NCBI GenBank assembly: GCA_905215365.1
Contig: CAJMPX010000002.1
Span: forward strand, 79,801 to 143,800
Source of the DNA: an uncultured bacterium
GTDB taxonomy: Bacteria > Actinomycetota > Coriobacteriia > Coriobacteriales > Coriobacteriaceae
Direction: 5' to 3'
DNA: 64,000 nt
A model generated the notes under the pieces. It did not search any database and was not told where the DNA came from. It saw only the letters and a list, made by a program, of their open reading frames with translations. Position numbers and translations under genes: made by a program. Below, piece after piece: positions 26,375-36,379 of this stretch (position 1 is its first letter; each line of letters opens with the position of its first letter).

Positions 26375-27976
26375 CTACGACGCCAGCGTGGCGATGACGG
26401 CTTCGTCGCCAGCGTATATAAGGGTGTTGCCGTCGGGGATGATCGTTTGGCCGTCGCGCTTGAGCATCACGACGATAAAGGGGTGCTTGCCTTGCGGCAC
26501 GTCGCGCAGACGCTGTCCAGCCAAGCGACCGTGGGGAGTCACGGTAACCTCGCGCAGCGTAACCTCGGCACGCTCCTCAAACGTTGGAGCGGCCATAACC
26601 AGAAGGTCGCCTTCTTCGATCATGGTATCCCCGTTGGGCAGCACCGGGTGCGCGCCGTCGCGCAGTACCAGGACCACGAGCATGTCCGTGACGCTGCCAA
26701 TGTCCGCGAGTGAGCGCCCGGCAAACGGATGACCCGCGCCCACCTTGAGCTTGACGAACGACATGCCGTCTTCGTCGCGGTAGTCGTTAAACGTGCGGCG
26801 CACGTCGCCTTCTGCGTCGATCATGTCGAGCTTTTTCGCCACCGCCGGCAGCAGCGAGCCCTGCACCACAATGCTCGACACGGCAATTACAAAGACCAGG
26901 TCAAATAGGTCATGTCCACCGGGAACACCGGCCACTACGGCAAAGAGGCTAAATACGACCGAAGCCGCGCCGCGCAGACCCGCCCAGCTTACGAGTGCGA
27001 CCTGGCGAGGGTTGGTCCTAAACGGCGCCAACAGCAGGCCGACGGCGATGGGGCGGCTCGCAAAGAGCATAAACGCCATGAGTGCCAAGCCCGGTGGCAG
27101 CATTTGCGGCAGGCGGGCGGGTGTGACGAGCAGGCCGAGCAAAAAGAAGATGGTCATCTCGGCCATTTCGGTGAGGGTATCGAAGAAGTGCGCCATCTCG
27201 ACCTTGCCGGTGATGTCGCTGGCACCCAGCACGATGCCGGCCAGGTATACGGCCAAAAAGCCGTTGCCACCCAGATAGCCCGGCAGCGCGTAGGCAACGA
27301 TCGCCACGGCGAACAAAAAGATGGTCTGCGCGCCCTCGGCCGTTGCGCGTGCGCGCTCTATCAGGCGGCTGGATGCCCAGCCGATGGCAAGACCCAACCC
27401 CACGCCCAGGATGATCTGCTTGGCCAGCAGCATGGGGATGTCGATGTTGCCGCCGGCCGCGAGGGTCGCGAGCACCGCGGTGAGCATGTAGGCGACGGGG
27501 TCGTTTGAGCCCGATTCGACCTCGAGCAGCGAGTCGGTGCCGCCGCGCAGCGACAGGTTGTGCTCGCGCAGCACGCTAAAGACGCTCGCCGCATCGGTCG
27601 ATGCTACGACTGAGCCCAGCAGCAGGCCGCCGATCCAGTCGAAGCCCAGTACAAAGTGCGCAAACGCACCCGTAATGCCAGCAGTGATGACGACACCGAG
27701 CGTGCTCAGCAGCACCGCAGGCGCGGCGACAGGTTTGGCACGGTCGATGTTGGTGTTAAAGCCGCCGTAGAACATGATGAACAGCAGCGCCGTGCTGCAG
27801 ACGGTTTCGGTGAGCGCATAGTCGCTAAAATCGATGTGCGCCGGGCCGTTGACACCCAGCAGCATGCCGAGCGCGATAAAGATGAGCAGGGTGGGGAAGG
27901 GGAGCTTTTTGCCGACGGGTTTGATGGTCAGACACAGAATAATGACGAGGCCGATAAAGAGAAGTATCTGGTTCAT
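26375..27976 (-). CDS. K+/H+ antiporter (CPA1, CvrA/NhaP2-like) with TrkA-C domains
   Basis: STDAASVF, ESGSNDP, WAGLRGA; multiple TM segments; two RCK-C repeats. Confidence 0.9.
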   Translation of the reverse strand: MNQILLFIGLVIILCLTIKPVGKKLPFPTLLIFIALGMLLGVNGPAHIDFSDYALTETVCSTALLFIMFYGGFNTNIDRAKPVAAPAVLLSTLGVVITAGITGAFAHFVLGFDWIGGLLLGSVVASTDAASVFSVLREHNLSLRGGTDSLLEVESGSNDPVAYMLTAVLATLAAGGNIDIPMLLAKQIILGVGLGLAIGWASSRLIERARATAEGAQTIFLFAVAIVAYALPGYLGGNGFLAVYLAGIVLGASDITGKVEMAHFFDTLTEMAEMTIFFLLGLLVTPARLPQMLPPGLALMAFMLFASRPIAVGLLLAPFRTNPRQVALVSWAGLRGAASVVFSLFAVVAGVPGGHDLFDLVFVIAVSSIVVQGSLLPAVAKKLDMIDAEGDVRRTFNDYRDEDGMSFVKLKVGAGHPFAGRSLADIGSVTDMLVVLVLRDGAHPVLPNGDTMIEEGDLLVMAAPTFEERAEVTLREVTVTPHGRLAGQRLRDVPQGKHPFIVVMLKRDGQTIIPDGNTLIYAGDEAVIATLAS

Positions 27977-28301
27977 GGATGGTGTCCGCTCCTGGGTGGT
28001 TGGCGTGGCACGGTCAGTTGTCTGCGGTTATTTGTACCCAAAGGTGGTGGGTTTATGGGCCTGGATTGCGGGCGTGCGCATTTTCGACACGAGGCTGCGA
28101 TGCGAGCGTCGCTGGTCGGGGCGCTGGGCCAGACGGCGTGGCGTGAGCGGCGCGGGTTGGCAGGCGTGCGCTGGCGACCGTTGACGGTATGCAACCCTTT
28201 CCAGCTTTATTACAACGGAGTACAATGGGTAACGTTTAAGTTCAACTTGAAGTTTTAGTTGCGGCTCCGGGCTTCGGCCGCAATGTAAAGAGAGGCGTTC
28301 C

Positions 28302-29141
28302 ATGGCGATCTATGTGACATCTGATGCTCACGGGCACGTGCGTGCGCTTGACGAGGCCCTGTCCAAGATTTCGCTGGCGTCCGACGATACGCTGTACGTG
28401 CTGGGTGACATGATCGATCGCGGGCCCGATCCGGTTGGCGTTATTAAGCTCGTGCGCTCGCTACCCAACGCTCGCGTGCTCAAGGGCAATCACGAGCAGA
28501 TCATGCTCGATGCCATCATTGGCCAGGATCCGCTCGATGCCGAGACCTGGGATATCAACGGCGGTTGGACTACCCGTCAGCAGCTCAACGATATGGAATT
28601 TGAGGCGTACGAGGAGCTCGTGCGTTGGATGGCGACGCTGCCGCTCTACGCGGTAGCCGAGACTGACGAGCGCCCGTACCTGCTGGTACATGCCGGCATC
28701 CAGACCGAGGCGGCGCGGGCGTTTTTGCTTGAACATGGGGTTGATTGTGCCGATGGTGCCGGAGCGGTTAGCGCCGATCGCGAGCTACTACAGCAGATGC
28801 TTGCGGTGCAGTCGTCCGATGACTTGCTGTGGATTCGTCATGGCTACTGGGATGCGTCGACGGGGCTGCTTTCTGCCGAGGGCAAGGGTCCGGTCGTGGT
28901 GAGCGGCCACACGCCCACGGTGTCGCTTGGACGTTATTGCGAGGTCGGCGGCCTGGCGGGGCTCGATGAGGAGTCGGGCCGTGGGCAGATCGTGCGCCTG
29001 GGCGGCGAGGACACCGCCGGCGTGCCCGATCGCATCGACATCGACTGCGCCGCCGCCACTGGTTCCGAGTTCGGCCGCGTCGGCATCCTGCGCCTGGATG
29101 ATGGTGCGGAGTTCTACGCAAATATCAAGCCTGGAGAATGA
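28302..29141 (+). CDS. Calcineurin-like metallophosphoesterase (PPP/PphA-like)
   Basis: SDAHG, GDMIDRG, GNHE, VHAG and GHTP motifs. Confidence 0.9.
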   Translation: MAIYVTSDAHGHVRALDEALSKISLASDDTLYVLGDMIDRGPDPVGVIKLVRSLPNARVLKGNHEQIMLDAIIGQDPLDAETWDINGGWTTRQQLNDMEFEAYEELVRWMATLPLYAVAETDERPYLLVHAGIQTEAARAFLLEHGVDCADGAGAVSADRELLQQMLAVQSSDDLLWIRHGYWDASTGLLSAEGKGPVVVSGHTPTVSLGRYCEVGGLAGLDEESGRGQIVRLGGEDTAGVPDRIDIDCAAATGSEFGRVGILRLDDGAEFYANIKPGE

Positions 29142-29201
29142 TGGCGCAAGGGGTCGCTAATTTGGGACGGGCTTTTTTGACTACTTTTGCCCTTCTGCCA
29201 A

Positions 29202-29242
29202 CCAAATGATTTTTCTGGGACGGGGATTAAATAATCATTTGG
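29202..29242 (+). repeat. REP-like palindrome, family 3 (GGGACGGGG loop)
   Basis: CCAAATGATTTTT-CTGGGACGGGGATTA-AATAATCATTTGG; same unit forms the doublet at 40263-40342. Confidence 0.7.
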
Positions 29243-29253
29243 CTGCCCGCTGG

Positions 29254-29376
29254 CTAAGTGAGTAGACTTTTTTGGAAATGCCGAGCAGCCGGCAAATTTG
29301 CCTCAACAAAACCGCAGGTCACTGACTTGTGTTTTGCCGGTGTGGTCAGGGATTCGGCAAAAGTCTACTCACTTAG
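29254..29376. mobile_element. 123-bp MITE-like element, copy 2
   Basis: CTAAGTGAGTAGACTTTT ... AAAAGTCTACTCACTTAG; compensatory change relative to copy 1. Confidence 0.6.
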
Positions 29377-29425
29377 TTTTGCGTGTCGCAAATCGTCCGC
29401 AACGAGACCCCCCCCATTGCGCCAA

Positions 29426-31000
29426 TTAGGCGCCGTACGGGTTGCGGTCGCGTTCTATGCGCTGGCGAATGTGGGCGTATTCGACAATCAACAGCACCAG
29501 GAGTAGGGCCATGATGGCTAGGTAGCTCACCACAGCGCCCATCAGACCCAGTAGCTTAATCAGGATCACCGGCAGCACCACGCTTACGGCGAAGCAGATC
29601 AGGTAGATCTTGGTGACGTCTCCAGCGTGGCGCAGCACCGTGATAATGGCGTAGATAAAATCGATGGCCGCGGTTACGCCGCCGGCGACGACCATCAGCA
29701 GCGCCAGCGTACGGTAGCGTTCAAAGCTGAGGCCGTACATAAAGCTCATGAGGGGAATACCGGGACCTGCCATAAATGCGGCGCACACGCCGGTGATGAC
29801 CACGATCAGCGCCATAACGGCAACAATAATCAGGTCAAAGCGACGACGCTTGCGAGGATTAGCCCAAATGCTCGACAAGCGCAGGAGCTGCGGTTTATAG
29901 ATAAATCCAATGCTCAACAAAATAGCCTGCGCTGGAAAGAACAGTGCATTAAAGTACAGCTGGTATTTGTAGGCCAGTGTGCCTTCCATCACGAACTTGG
30001 GCATGCTCTCGATGAGGTTGAACAGGAACAGCGCACCAAAGAGCGGGGCGCACTGGATAAACAGGTGACCAGCCTCGCGCAGACTCATACGGCGTGATTT
30101 TTCGGTTTCGAGCAGGGCGAGCGGGGCGGTGACCAGCACGAGCGAGGCAATCGCGGTAACACCCATGGCCATGGCGGCGATGGGCATGCTGCGCGTGAGG
30201 AACAGTGCCACGCTAAAGACCGCGATGACGCCGACGGATCGTAGCGTTTGGCTCATGCCGGCCAGGTAGAGTTTGTCGGCCTGCTGCAGGCGGCCCTCGT
30301 ACACGTCGGCAATGCCGTCGATCACCTTATACAGGTAGACGCCCAGGCCGATTGTGGCCATCTGCGCATCGTAGCCGCGGGCGCTGCTGTATACCAGGCC
30401 GCATGCCAGCGCGAGCGCTCCGCAGATCCAGCGGTTGAGCTGGTAAGAGGCAAAGGACGTCTTTTCGTCGATGTCCGAGACCTGGAAATTGCGCACGCCG
30501 TAGTTGCACGCGATCATGATGAGCGTGCCGGTGACAAAGGCGATGGAGAATTTGCCAGCCTCCTCGGCGCCCACGAGCTGTGTGGACACGATGGTGAGCA
30601 ACGGAAACACCATGCCCCACACGGCGGTGCCCAGGGTATTCCAAAGGTAGTCGCGACGGGTGGCGTGATCTTCGTACTCGGCTTCTTGCGTGGAGAAGCC
30701 GCCGCCGTAGACGGCTCCGAGCAGGCGGTTCCACCAGGCATTGACCCTGCGGTGGATGGGGCCGGGCTCGCGATCGCGCTCGCGGCGACGGCGTGTGGCC
30801 TGGCTGCTGTCGGGACCGCCGGCGTTACGCTGGCTTAGCTCTTGGATTCGTGCGAGCTCCTCGGCGGTGTGCGATGCGGGGAACAGGCCGTTCTCGATGC
30901 GTCCGCCCTGCCCGTGCGCCCCGTCCGATACGGTGGGGTCGGCGACGCCATTGCGGCGGGCGATGGCGCGGCGAATGCTATCGATGGGCGTGATGCTCAA
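29426..31000 (-). CDS. Wzx-like polysaccharide/teichoic acid flippase
   Basis: WNTLG, YGVRNFQVSD and many TM segments; AGAAAGGA RBS before TTG 31000. Confidence 0.7.
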   Translation of the reverse strand: MSITPIDSIRRAIARRNGVADPTVSDGAHGQGGRIENGLFPASHTAEELARIQELSQRNAGGPDSSQATRRRRERDREPGPIHRRVNAWWNRLLGAVYGGGFSTQEAEYEDHATRRDYLWNTLGTAVWGMVFPLLTIVSTQLVGAEEAGKFSIAFVTGTLIMIACNYGVRNFQVSDIDEKTSFASYQLNRWICGALALACGLVYSSARGYDAQMATIGLGVYLYKVIDGIADVYEGRLQQADKLYLAGMSQTLRSVGVIAVFSVALFLTRSMPIAAMAMGVTAIASLVLVTAPLALLETEKSRRMSLREAGHLFIQCAPLFGALFLFNLIESMPKFVMEGTLAYKYQLYFNALFFPAQAILLSIGFIYKPQLLRLSSIWANPRKRRRFDLIIVAVMALIVVITGVCAAFMAGPGIPLMSFMYGLSFERYRTLALLMVVAGGVTAAIDFIYAIITVLRHAGDVTKIYLICFAVSVVLPVILIKLLGLMGAVVSYLAIMALLLVLLIVEYAHIRQRIERDRNPYGA

Positions 31001-31379
31001 AGCGGAGTCCTTTCTATTGCTGCGCTCTAGTATAGACGCGACGGTGTTCGTTCGTGTTTTTGAACAGGTTGTTCGATAATTTCGGTGGCGCCATTCAGTA
31101 GACGGCATTTGGGGACGTTCCTTATGTGCCGGCACTTTGGGAACGTCCCTAAGTGCCGGCATCCGGGGACGCTCCTTGGTTGTTGCCTGTTCAAGAGTGT
31201 CCCCAACGATTAGTCGTTTAAAAACGTCCCCAATGACTAGGCCGCTTGCCTGCGATTTTTGACCGTTGGGCGGGCTTGCCGCCCTTGCCGCAAAAACGTT
31301 TTTGCATATCGGGTACAACGGGCTTTACGTGAGTAAAGTGCGCGTCGTGTCCTCGTGTCGCGTTTTTAAAGGAGGCCCC

Positions 31380-33050
31380 ATGCCTGGTGTTACCCCTGCA
31401 GATGTTTTGTCCAACTTTGGTATTACGCTGGTCGAAGATCCCGCCGAGAATCAGCCCCGTCTGCTGGTCGATCTACCCGCCGCGGAGCTCGTCGAGCACG
31501 CCATCCGTCGCAACGAAGGTCGTATGGCCTCCAACGGCGCGCTGGTGATCGAGACGGGGGAGCGCACTGGCCGCTCGCCTAATGACCGCTTTATCGTTGA
31601 CACCCCCGATGTTCACGACAAGATTGCCTGGGGTGCCGTCAACCGCCCGCTGTCTGTCGAGAGCTACGAGGCCATCAAGGCCGGCATCGTCGACTATCTC
31701 AACGAGCGCGACGTGTTCGTCACTCGCGGTATGGCCGGTGCCGACCGCAACCATACGCGTCGTCTGCTTGTCGCCTGCGAGCGTGCCAGCCAGGCGCTCT
31801 TTATTAAGCAGATGCTCGCCCGCCCGCTTGCCCGTGAAATCGCACGCACCGGCGAGCCGGACTTCTGTGTGCTCGCCGCGCCGGGCTACCAGTGCGATCC
31901 CGCCATCAAGGGCCTCAACTCCAGCGCCGCCGTGGTCATTAACTTCCAGGAGCGCGTGATTCTGGTCGCCGGCACCGGCTACTCCGGCGAGATCAAAAAG
32001 TCCATTTTCAGCGTCATGAATTACCTGCTGCCCGTCGAGGACGACGTGCTGCCCATGCACTGCTCGGCCAGTATGGATCCCGTCACGCACGAGACCGCCG
32101 TGTTCTTTGGCCTGTCCGGCACCGGCAAGACCACGCTTTCGGCCAATCCCACGCGCCTGCTGATCGGCGACGACGAGCACGGCTGGTCTGACATGGGCAT
32201 CTTTAACATCGAGGGTGGCTGCTACGCCAAATGCGAGGGCCTGGACGCCTTCCACGAGCCCGAGATCTTCAACGCTGTCCGCTTTGGCGCGATCTGCGAA
32301 AACGTGGTGCTCGACGAGAACCGCAAGCCCAACTACGACGACATCTCGATCACGCACAACACGCGCGTGGCATACCCTGTGGAGCACATTCCCAACGCGT
32401 GGACCAAGGGCATGGGCACCACTCCGAGCGTCGTGCTGTTTTTGACCTGCGACGCCTTTGGCGTGCTGCCGCCCATCTCGCGCCTGACGGCCGACGCCGC
32501 CATGTATCACTTTGTGACGGGCTTTACGGCCAAGATCCCCGGCACCGAGGTCGGCGTCACCGAGCCCACGCCCACGTTCTCTTCGCTGTTTGGCGAGCCG
32601 TTTATGCCGCTCGACCCCATGGTCTATGCCAAGATGCTCGGTGAGCGCATCGCCGACGGCCGCACGCGTGTGTACCTGGTCAACACCGGCTGGATTGGCG
32701 GCGGCTACGGCGTGGGCCATCGCATCGAGCTTGCCTACACGCGCGCCCTGGTGGCCCGCGCCCTCGACGGTACCATCGAGGACAGCGAATTCGTGCATGA
32801 CGATATCTTTAACGTTGACATTCCCACCACGTGCCACGGCGTGCCCGACGGCATCCTGGTGCCGCGCCAGTACTGGCAGAGCACCGCGCGCTACGACGAG
32901 GCGGCGCACAACTTGGCCGTGATGTTCGAGGAGAACTTCGAGAAGAAGTACTCGCACCTGCCCGAGTCCGTGAAGGCCGCCGGTCCGCACGCTCAGGTGC
33001 ACGCCGACGCCCGTCATCGCGGCCGCGGCCTGCTGGGACTCCGACACTAG
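31380..33050 (+). CDS. pckA: Phosphoenolpyruvate carboxykinase (ATP)
   Basis: TGRSPNDRF, YSGEIKKSIF, FFGLSGTGKTTLS, LIGDDEHGW, EGGCYAK. Confidence 0.95.
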   Translation: MPGVTPADVLSNFGITLVEDPAENQPRLLVDLPAAELVEHAIRRNEGRMASNGALVIETGERTGRSPNDRFIVDTPDVHDKIAWGAVNRPLSVESYEAIKAGIVDYLNERDVFVTRGMAGADRNHTRRLLVACERASQALFIKQMLARPLAREIARTGEPDFCVLAAPGYQCDPAIKGLNSSAAVVINFQERVILVAGTGYSGEIKKSIFSVMNYLLPVEDDVLPMHCSASMDPVTHETAVFFGLSGTGKTTLSANPTRLLIGDDEHGWSDMGIFNIEGGCYAKCEGLDAFHEPEIFNAVRFGAICENVVLDENRKPNYDDISITHNTRVAYPVEHIPNAWTKGMGTTPSVVLFLTCDAFGVLPPISRLTADAAMYHFVTGFTAKIPGTEVGVTEPTPTFSSLFGEPFMPLDPMVYAKMLGERIADGRTRVYLVNTGWIGGGYGVGHRIELAYTRALVARALDGTIEDSEFVHDDIFNVDIPTTCHGVPDGILVPRQYWQSTARYDEAAHNLAVMFEENFEKKYSHLPESVKAAGPHAQVHADARHRGRGLLGLRH

Positions 33051-33069
33051 CGTCGCCGCGAGTCCATAT

Positions 33070-33106
33070 CCGCCACAAAGGGGACAGGCACCTTTGTGGC
33101 GGTTTT
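33070..33106 (-). repeat. REP-like palindrome, family 1
   Basis: CCGCCACAAAGGGGACAGGCACCTTTGTGGCGG. Confidence 0.8.
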
Positions 33107-33277
33107 GCTTGGGCGAATGACTCGGGTTACAATACGCCTGACATATCGCCCCCTTCTCCGGATGGGGGCAGCGTAAGCGCTCTTGTGGCGGCACCGTAGG
33201 ACTTTGAAGGTGGCCGTCGTAAGGGCGCTTTTTGTTTAGGCACCCGGGCTCGGGCGCATTCTATGAAGGGAGAGCAC

Positions 33278-33997
33278 ATGAAGAGTTTCGTTGCCGAGGA
33301 TTCGTTTTGGGAGCTATTTCCGCAGGCGGCTGTCGGTGTTGTGGTCGTAAAGGGCATGAAGCCCGCGGCTCAGATTCCTCAAGAGGACGTTGATGCGATT
33401 GCCGCGTTGCTCGACCGCGCCAATATCGATGCGGAGCGTCACCTGACGAGTGGTACCATCAGCGAGAATGCGCCGGTTAAGGCATGGCGCGAGGCATATC
33501 GCCTATTCAAGACCAAGAAGGGCGCGCGTTGCTCAATTGAGAACCTGCTCAAGCGCGTGCTCAAAGGAAAGCCGGTGGGCCACATTACGCCCGCGGTGGA
33601 CATCTACAACACGGTGTCGCTGTCCTACGCGCTGCCCGTAGGCGGCGAGGATTTGCACGCGATTGAGGGAGACCTTTGCCTGAAGGTGACCGACGGTGGC
33701 GATTCATTTCTGCCGCTTGGCGAGGAGACAGATGACCCGACGCTGCCCGGCGAGCTCGCCTACATCGATGATGCGGGCGCCGTATGCCGCTGCTGGAACT
33801 GGCGCGATGGCGTTCGAACGGCGTTGTCCGATGATTCGGCCGATGCTTTCCTGGCGATTGAGTGCGTGGAGCCCGAGCGGATGGGGGATTGCCAGGCCGC
33901 GATCGATCGCTTAGCCGAGCTGCTCGAGCGCTATCTGGGAGCGACGGTTGTCGTTAAGACGCTTGTGACCCGCGACAATCCCTGCGTGGAACTGTAA
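33278..33997 (+). CDS. B3/4 domain protein (PheRS editing-domain-like)
   Basis: WREAY, RCSIENLLKR, VDIYN, PVGGED and CRCWNWRD motifs. Confidence 0.85.
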   Translation: MKSFVAEDSFWELFPQAAVGVVVVKGMKPAAQIPQEDVDAIAALLDRANIDAERHLTSGTISENAPVKAWREAYRLFKTKKGARCSIENLLKRVLKGKPVGHITPAVDIYNTVSLSYALPVGGEDLHAIEGDLCLKVTDGGDSFLPLGEETDDPTLPGELAYIDDAGAVCRCWNWRDGVRTALSDDSADAFLAIECVEPERMGDCQAAIDRLAELLERYLGATVVVKTLVTRDNPCVEL

Positions 33998-34025
33998 CGA
34001 CGCCTGCGGATCATGTTCGCCGGTC

Positions 34026-34066
34026 AAAACCACTACAAAGGTGCCTGTCCCCTTTGTGGTGGTTTT
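34026..34066 (+). repeat. REP-like palindrome, family 1
   Basis: AAAACCACTACAAAGGTGCCTGTCCCCTTTGTGGTGGTTTT. Confidence 0.85.
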
Positions 34067-34170
34067 TATGTTGATGGGTTAACAAATGGGATATTTGGGT
34101 ATGGGTGTTGCCTTGTGCGGCTAAGATGTTTACCCGTTAGCATCATGCAAGCGAAAGGCGGTCGTCTCCC

Positions 34171-34620
34171 ATGCAGCAGAACGACGAGACACGTTTCGAG
34201 GACTTTGTCGGACTGATCAGCGGGCTCTACAAGGAGATCCAGCGCATTAAGACATCCGAGGGCGCAAGGCTGGGCCTCAAGGGCTCCGACGTTATGTGCC
34301 TGTACTATCTTGAGCGCAGCAAGGACGGCCTGACTGGCGCTGACCTGGCTCGCATGGCAGGCGTGACCCGTGCCGCCGTCTCGCGCACGCTCGCGCATCT
34401 GGAGGAGGGCGGCTACGTCGAGGTCGACGACTCGGGTGATGCGGCCGTTAAGTATCGTGCCCCGGTGCGCCTGACCGCTCTGGGCGGCGAGAGCATGAGC
34501 GAGGCGGACCGCATCATTCGCGAGGTGCTTGACACCACCGGTAAGGCTATGGGTGTGGAGCAGCGCGAGCAGATGTATGCATCGCTGCGCACGATCCTCA
34601 ACACCCTGCGTGAGATCTAA
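34171..34620 (+). CDS. MarR family transcriptional regulator
   Basis: Winged HTH: LTGADLAR...RAAVSRTLAHLEEGGYV...LTALG. Confidence 0.85.
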   Translation: MQQNDETRFEDFVGLISGLYKEIQRIKTSEGARLGLKGSDVMCLYYLERSKDGLTGADLARMAGVTRAAVSRTLAHLEEGGYVEVDDSGDAAVKYRAPVRLTALGGESMSEADRIIREVLDTTGKAMGVEQREQMYASLRTILNTLREI

Positions 34621-34739
34621 GGCCGCCAAGGCATTTGCTTCCCATTAAAAACTGCATAGTCCCGTTTGAGCGCGTATGCCGTGCCGGGGCATTGCTGTCA
34701 AAATTCCCCGCGCGGGACCTGCGCAAGAAAGGATTCGTT

Positions 34740-35594
34740 ATGTCCGTCCGCATTATTACCGATTCCGCAAGCGATATGTCGCCGGCGGAGCACCCCGCTC
34801 TGCGTGTTCTGCCGCTGTCCGTCACCTTTGGCACCGATGTGTATATGGATGGCGTCGACATCGATCACCAGCGCTTTTACGAGATGCTTGTGGAGCGCGA
34901 TGAACTGCCCAAGACCGGTCAGGTCAACCCGTACGCCTTTTCGCAGGCGATTGCCGAAGCGCGTGAGGCCGGCGATGAGGCCGTGATTATTACCGTGGGT
35001 GCCAAGCTCTCGGGCACCAACCAGAGTGCTCGTACGGCACTTGCCGAGGCGCCGGGCGGCGACATGTTCGTCGTGGACAGCAATAACGTTACCCTGGGCG
35101 AGCGCGTGCTGGTCGAGTATGCGCTGCGCCTGGTGGACGAGGGCCAGGGCGCGGCTCAGGTTGCGGCGGCTGTCGAGGCCGTGCGCGACCGCGTGGTCGT
35201 CATCGGCCTGCTCGAGACGTTGGAGTACCTGGTGCGCGGCGGTCGCCTGTCTGCTGCGGCCGGTGCCGTGGGTACGCTGCTCAACGTAAAGCCCGTGGTG
35301 GCTGCCGAGGACGGTCTGATCGTGCAGCTGGGCAAGGCGCGCGGTTCCAAGAACGGACGTAACCTGCTCAACCAGAAGGTCGAAAAGGCGGGCGGCATCG
35401 ACTTTTCCATGCCGCTGGCGCTCGGCTATACGGGCCTTTCGGATGCGGTGCTCAAGAAGTATATCGAGGACAGCGCGGCACTGTGGGCTGGCCACACCGA
35501 GGGCGAACTGCCTGTCCACACCATTGGCGCCACCATCGGCACCCACGTAGGTCCCGGCGCCGTAGCCGTAGCCTTCTTCCAGCCCGTCAACTAA
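34740..35594 (+). CDS. DegV family fatty-acid-binding protein
   Basis: IITDSASD, PKTGQ, LSGT, LVRGGR, LNVKP, HVGPG. Confidence 0.92.
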   Translation: MSVRIITDSASDMSPAEHPALRVLPLSVTFGTDVYMDGVDIDHQRFYEMLVERDELPKTGQVNPYAFSQAIAEAREAGDEAVIITVGAKLSGTNQSARTALAEAPGGDMFVVDSNNVTLGERVLVEYALRLVDEGQGAAQVAAAVEAVRDRVVVIGLLETLEYLVRGGRLSAAAGAVGTLLNVKPVVAAEDGLIVQLGKARGSKNGRNLLNQKVEKAGGIDFSMPLALGYTGLSDAVLKKYIEDSAALWAGHTEGELPVHTIGATIGTHVGPGAVAVAFFQPVN

Positions 35595-35605
35595 CCGACT
35601 TGCTA

Positions 35606-35646
35606 TAAACCACCACAAAGGGGACAGGCACCTTTGTGGTGGTTTA
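35606..35646 (-). repeat. REP-like palindrome, family 1
   Basis: TAAACCACCACAAAGGGGACAGGCACCTTTGTGGTGGTTTA. Confidence 0.85.
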
Positions 35647-35674
35647 GGCTATTCCGGGTGGAAGGGAGCGAGCA

Positions 35675-35995
35675 ATGGCGTCTGAGGGCTTTTTTGAGCG
35701 GGTGTACGAGGTGGTCGAGCAGATTCCCGAGGGGATGGTCGCCACCTACGGTCAGGTGGCGCTGCTCGCCGGTCGTCCGCGGAGTGCGCGGTACGTGGGG
35801 TATGCCCTGCATAGCAATCCGCGCCCTGGTCAGATTCCCTGCCATCGTGTGGTGTTTGCCGATGGCCGCATTTGCGAGGGCTTTGCGTTTGGCGGCCCCG
35901 ATGCTCAACGTGAGCTTTTGCTAGGGGAGGGTGTGGCGTTTAAGGATGACATGCACGTCGACTTGGCCGTCTGTCGCTGGCCAGTGGGGCTCTAG
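35675..35995 (+). CDS. MGMT/alkyltransferase-like DNA-binding protein
   Basis: IPEGMVATYGQVA, ARYVG and PCHRV motifs. Confidence 0.88.
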   Translation: MASEGFFERVYEVVEQIPEGMVATYGQVALLAGRPRSARYVGYALHSNPRPGQIPCHRVVFADGRICEGFAFGGPDAQRELLLGEGVAFKDDMHVDLAVCRWPVGL

Positions 35996-36012
35996 CGGCT
36001 CTGCCGTGGCGA

Positions 36013-36051
36013 AAACCACCACAAAGGTGCCTGTCCCCTTTGTGGTGGTTT
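36013..36051 (+). repeat. REP-like palindrome, family 1
   Basis: AAACCACCACAAAGGTGCCTGTCCCCTTTGTGGTGGTTT. Confidence 0.85.
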
Positions 36052-36379
36052 AGTTTACTGGGGCTAACTTATGGAGAAGCTATGGCGGGCGATATTGATG
36101 CAGCAAAGTAAACCACGGTGAACTATATTGGTTTCAGCAACGGAGCAGGCAATAGGCGATGAAAAAGCCTGCCCTGTTGAGTTTGATTCGCATTCCTCCC
36201 CTCTGTGCGATTCAACGGTGTACTTCGGGAACAGGCCCGCTGGCAACTAACTGCCAGCGGGCCTGTTCCTGTTTGTCGGGGGAGTGCAATGGGCAGAGCC
36301 GAACCGGTCGGGCACCAAAAAAGGCGGACGCCGTAGCGCCCGCCCTATAGCAATCGAAAGTTCTAGCCAGCAGATCGAT

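Noticed and set aside
31062..31074. GAACAGGTTGTTC as a LexA box
   Set aside because: Five-base spacer instead of four.
31001..31318. N-terminal extension of the flippase ORF to 630 aa
   Set aside because: Runs through GGGAC repeats; a strong RBS precedes TTG 31000.
33185..33200. T-box antiterminator-like GGCGGCACCGT
   Set aside because: Lacks the UGGN-ACC bulge in register, and the leader is too short for stem I.
36064..36350. Short ORFs between the MGMT-like gene and trpS
   Set aside because: No convincing RBS, codon bias or motif.
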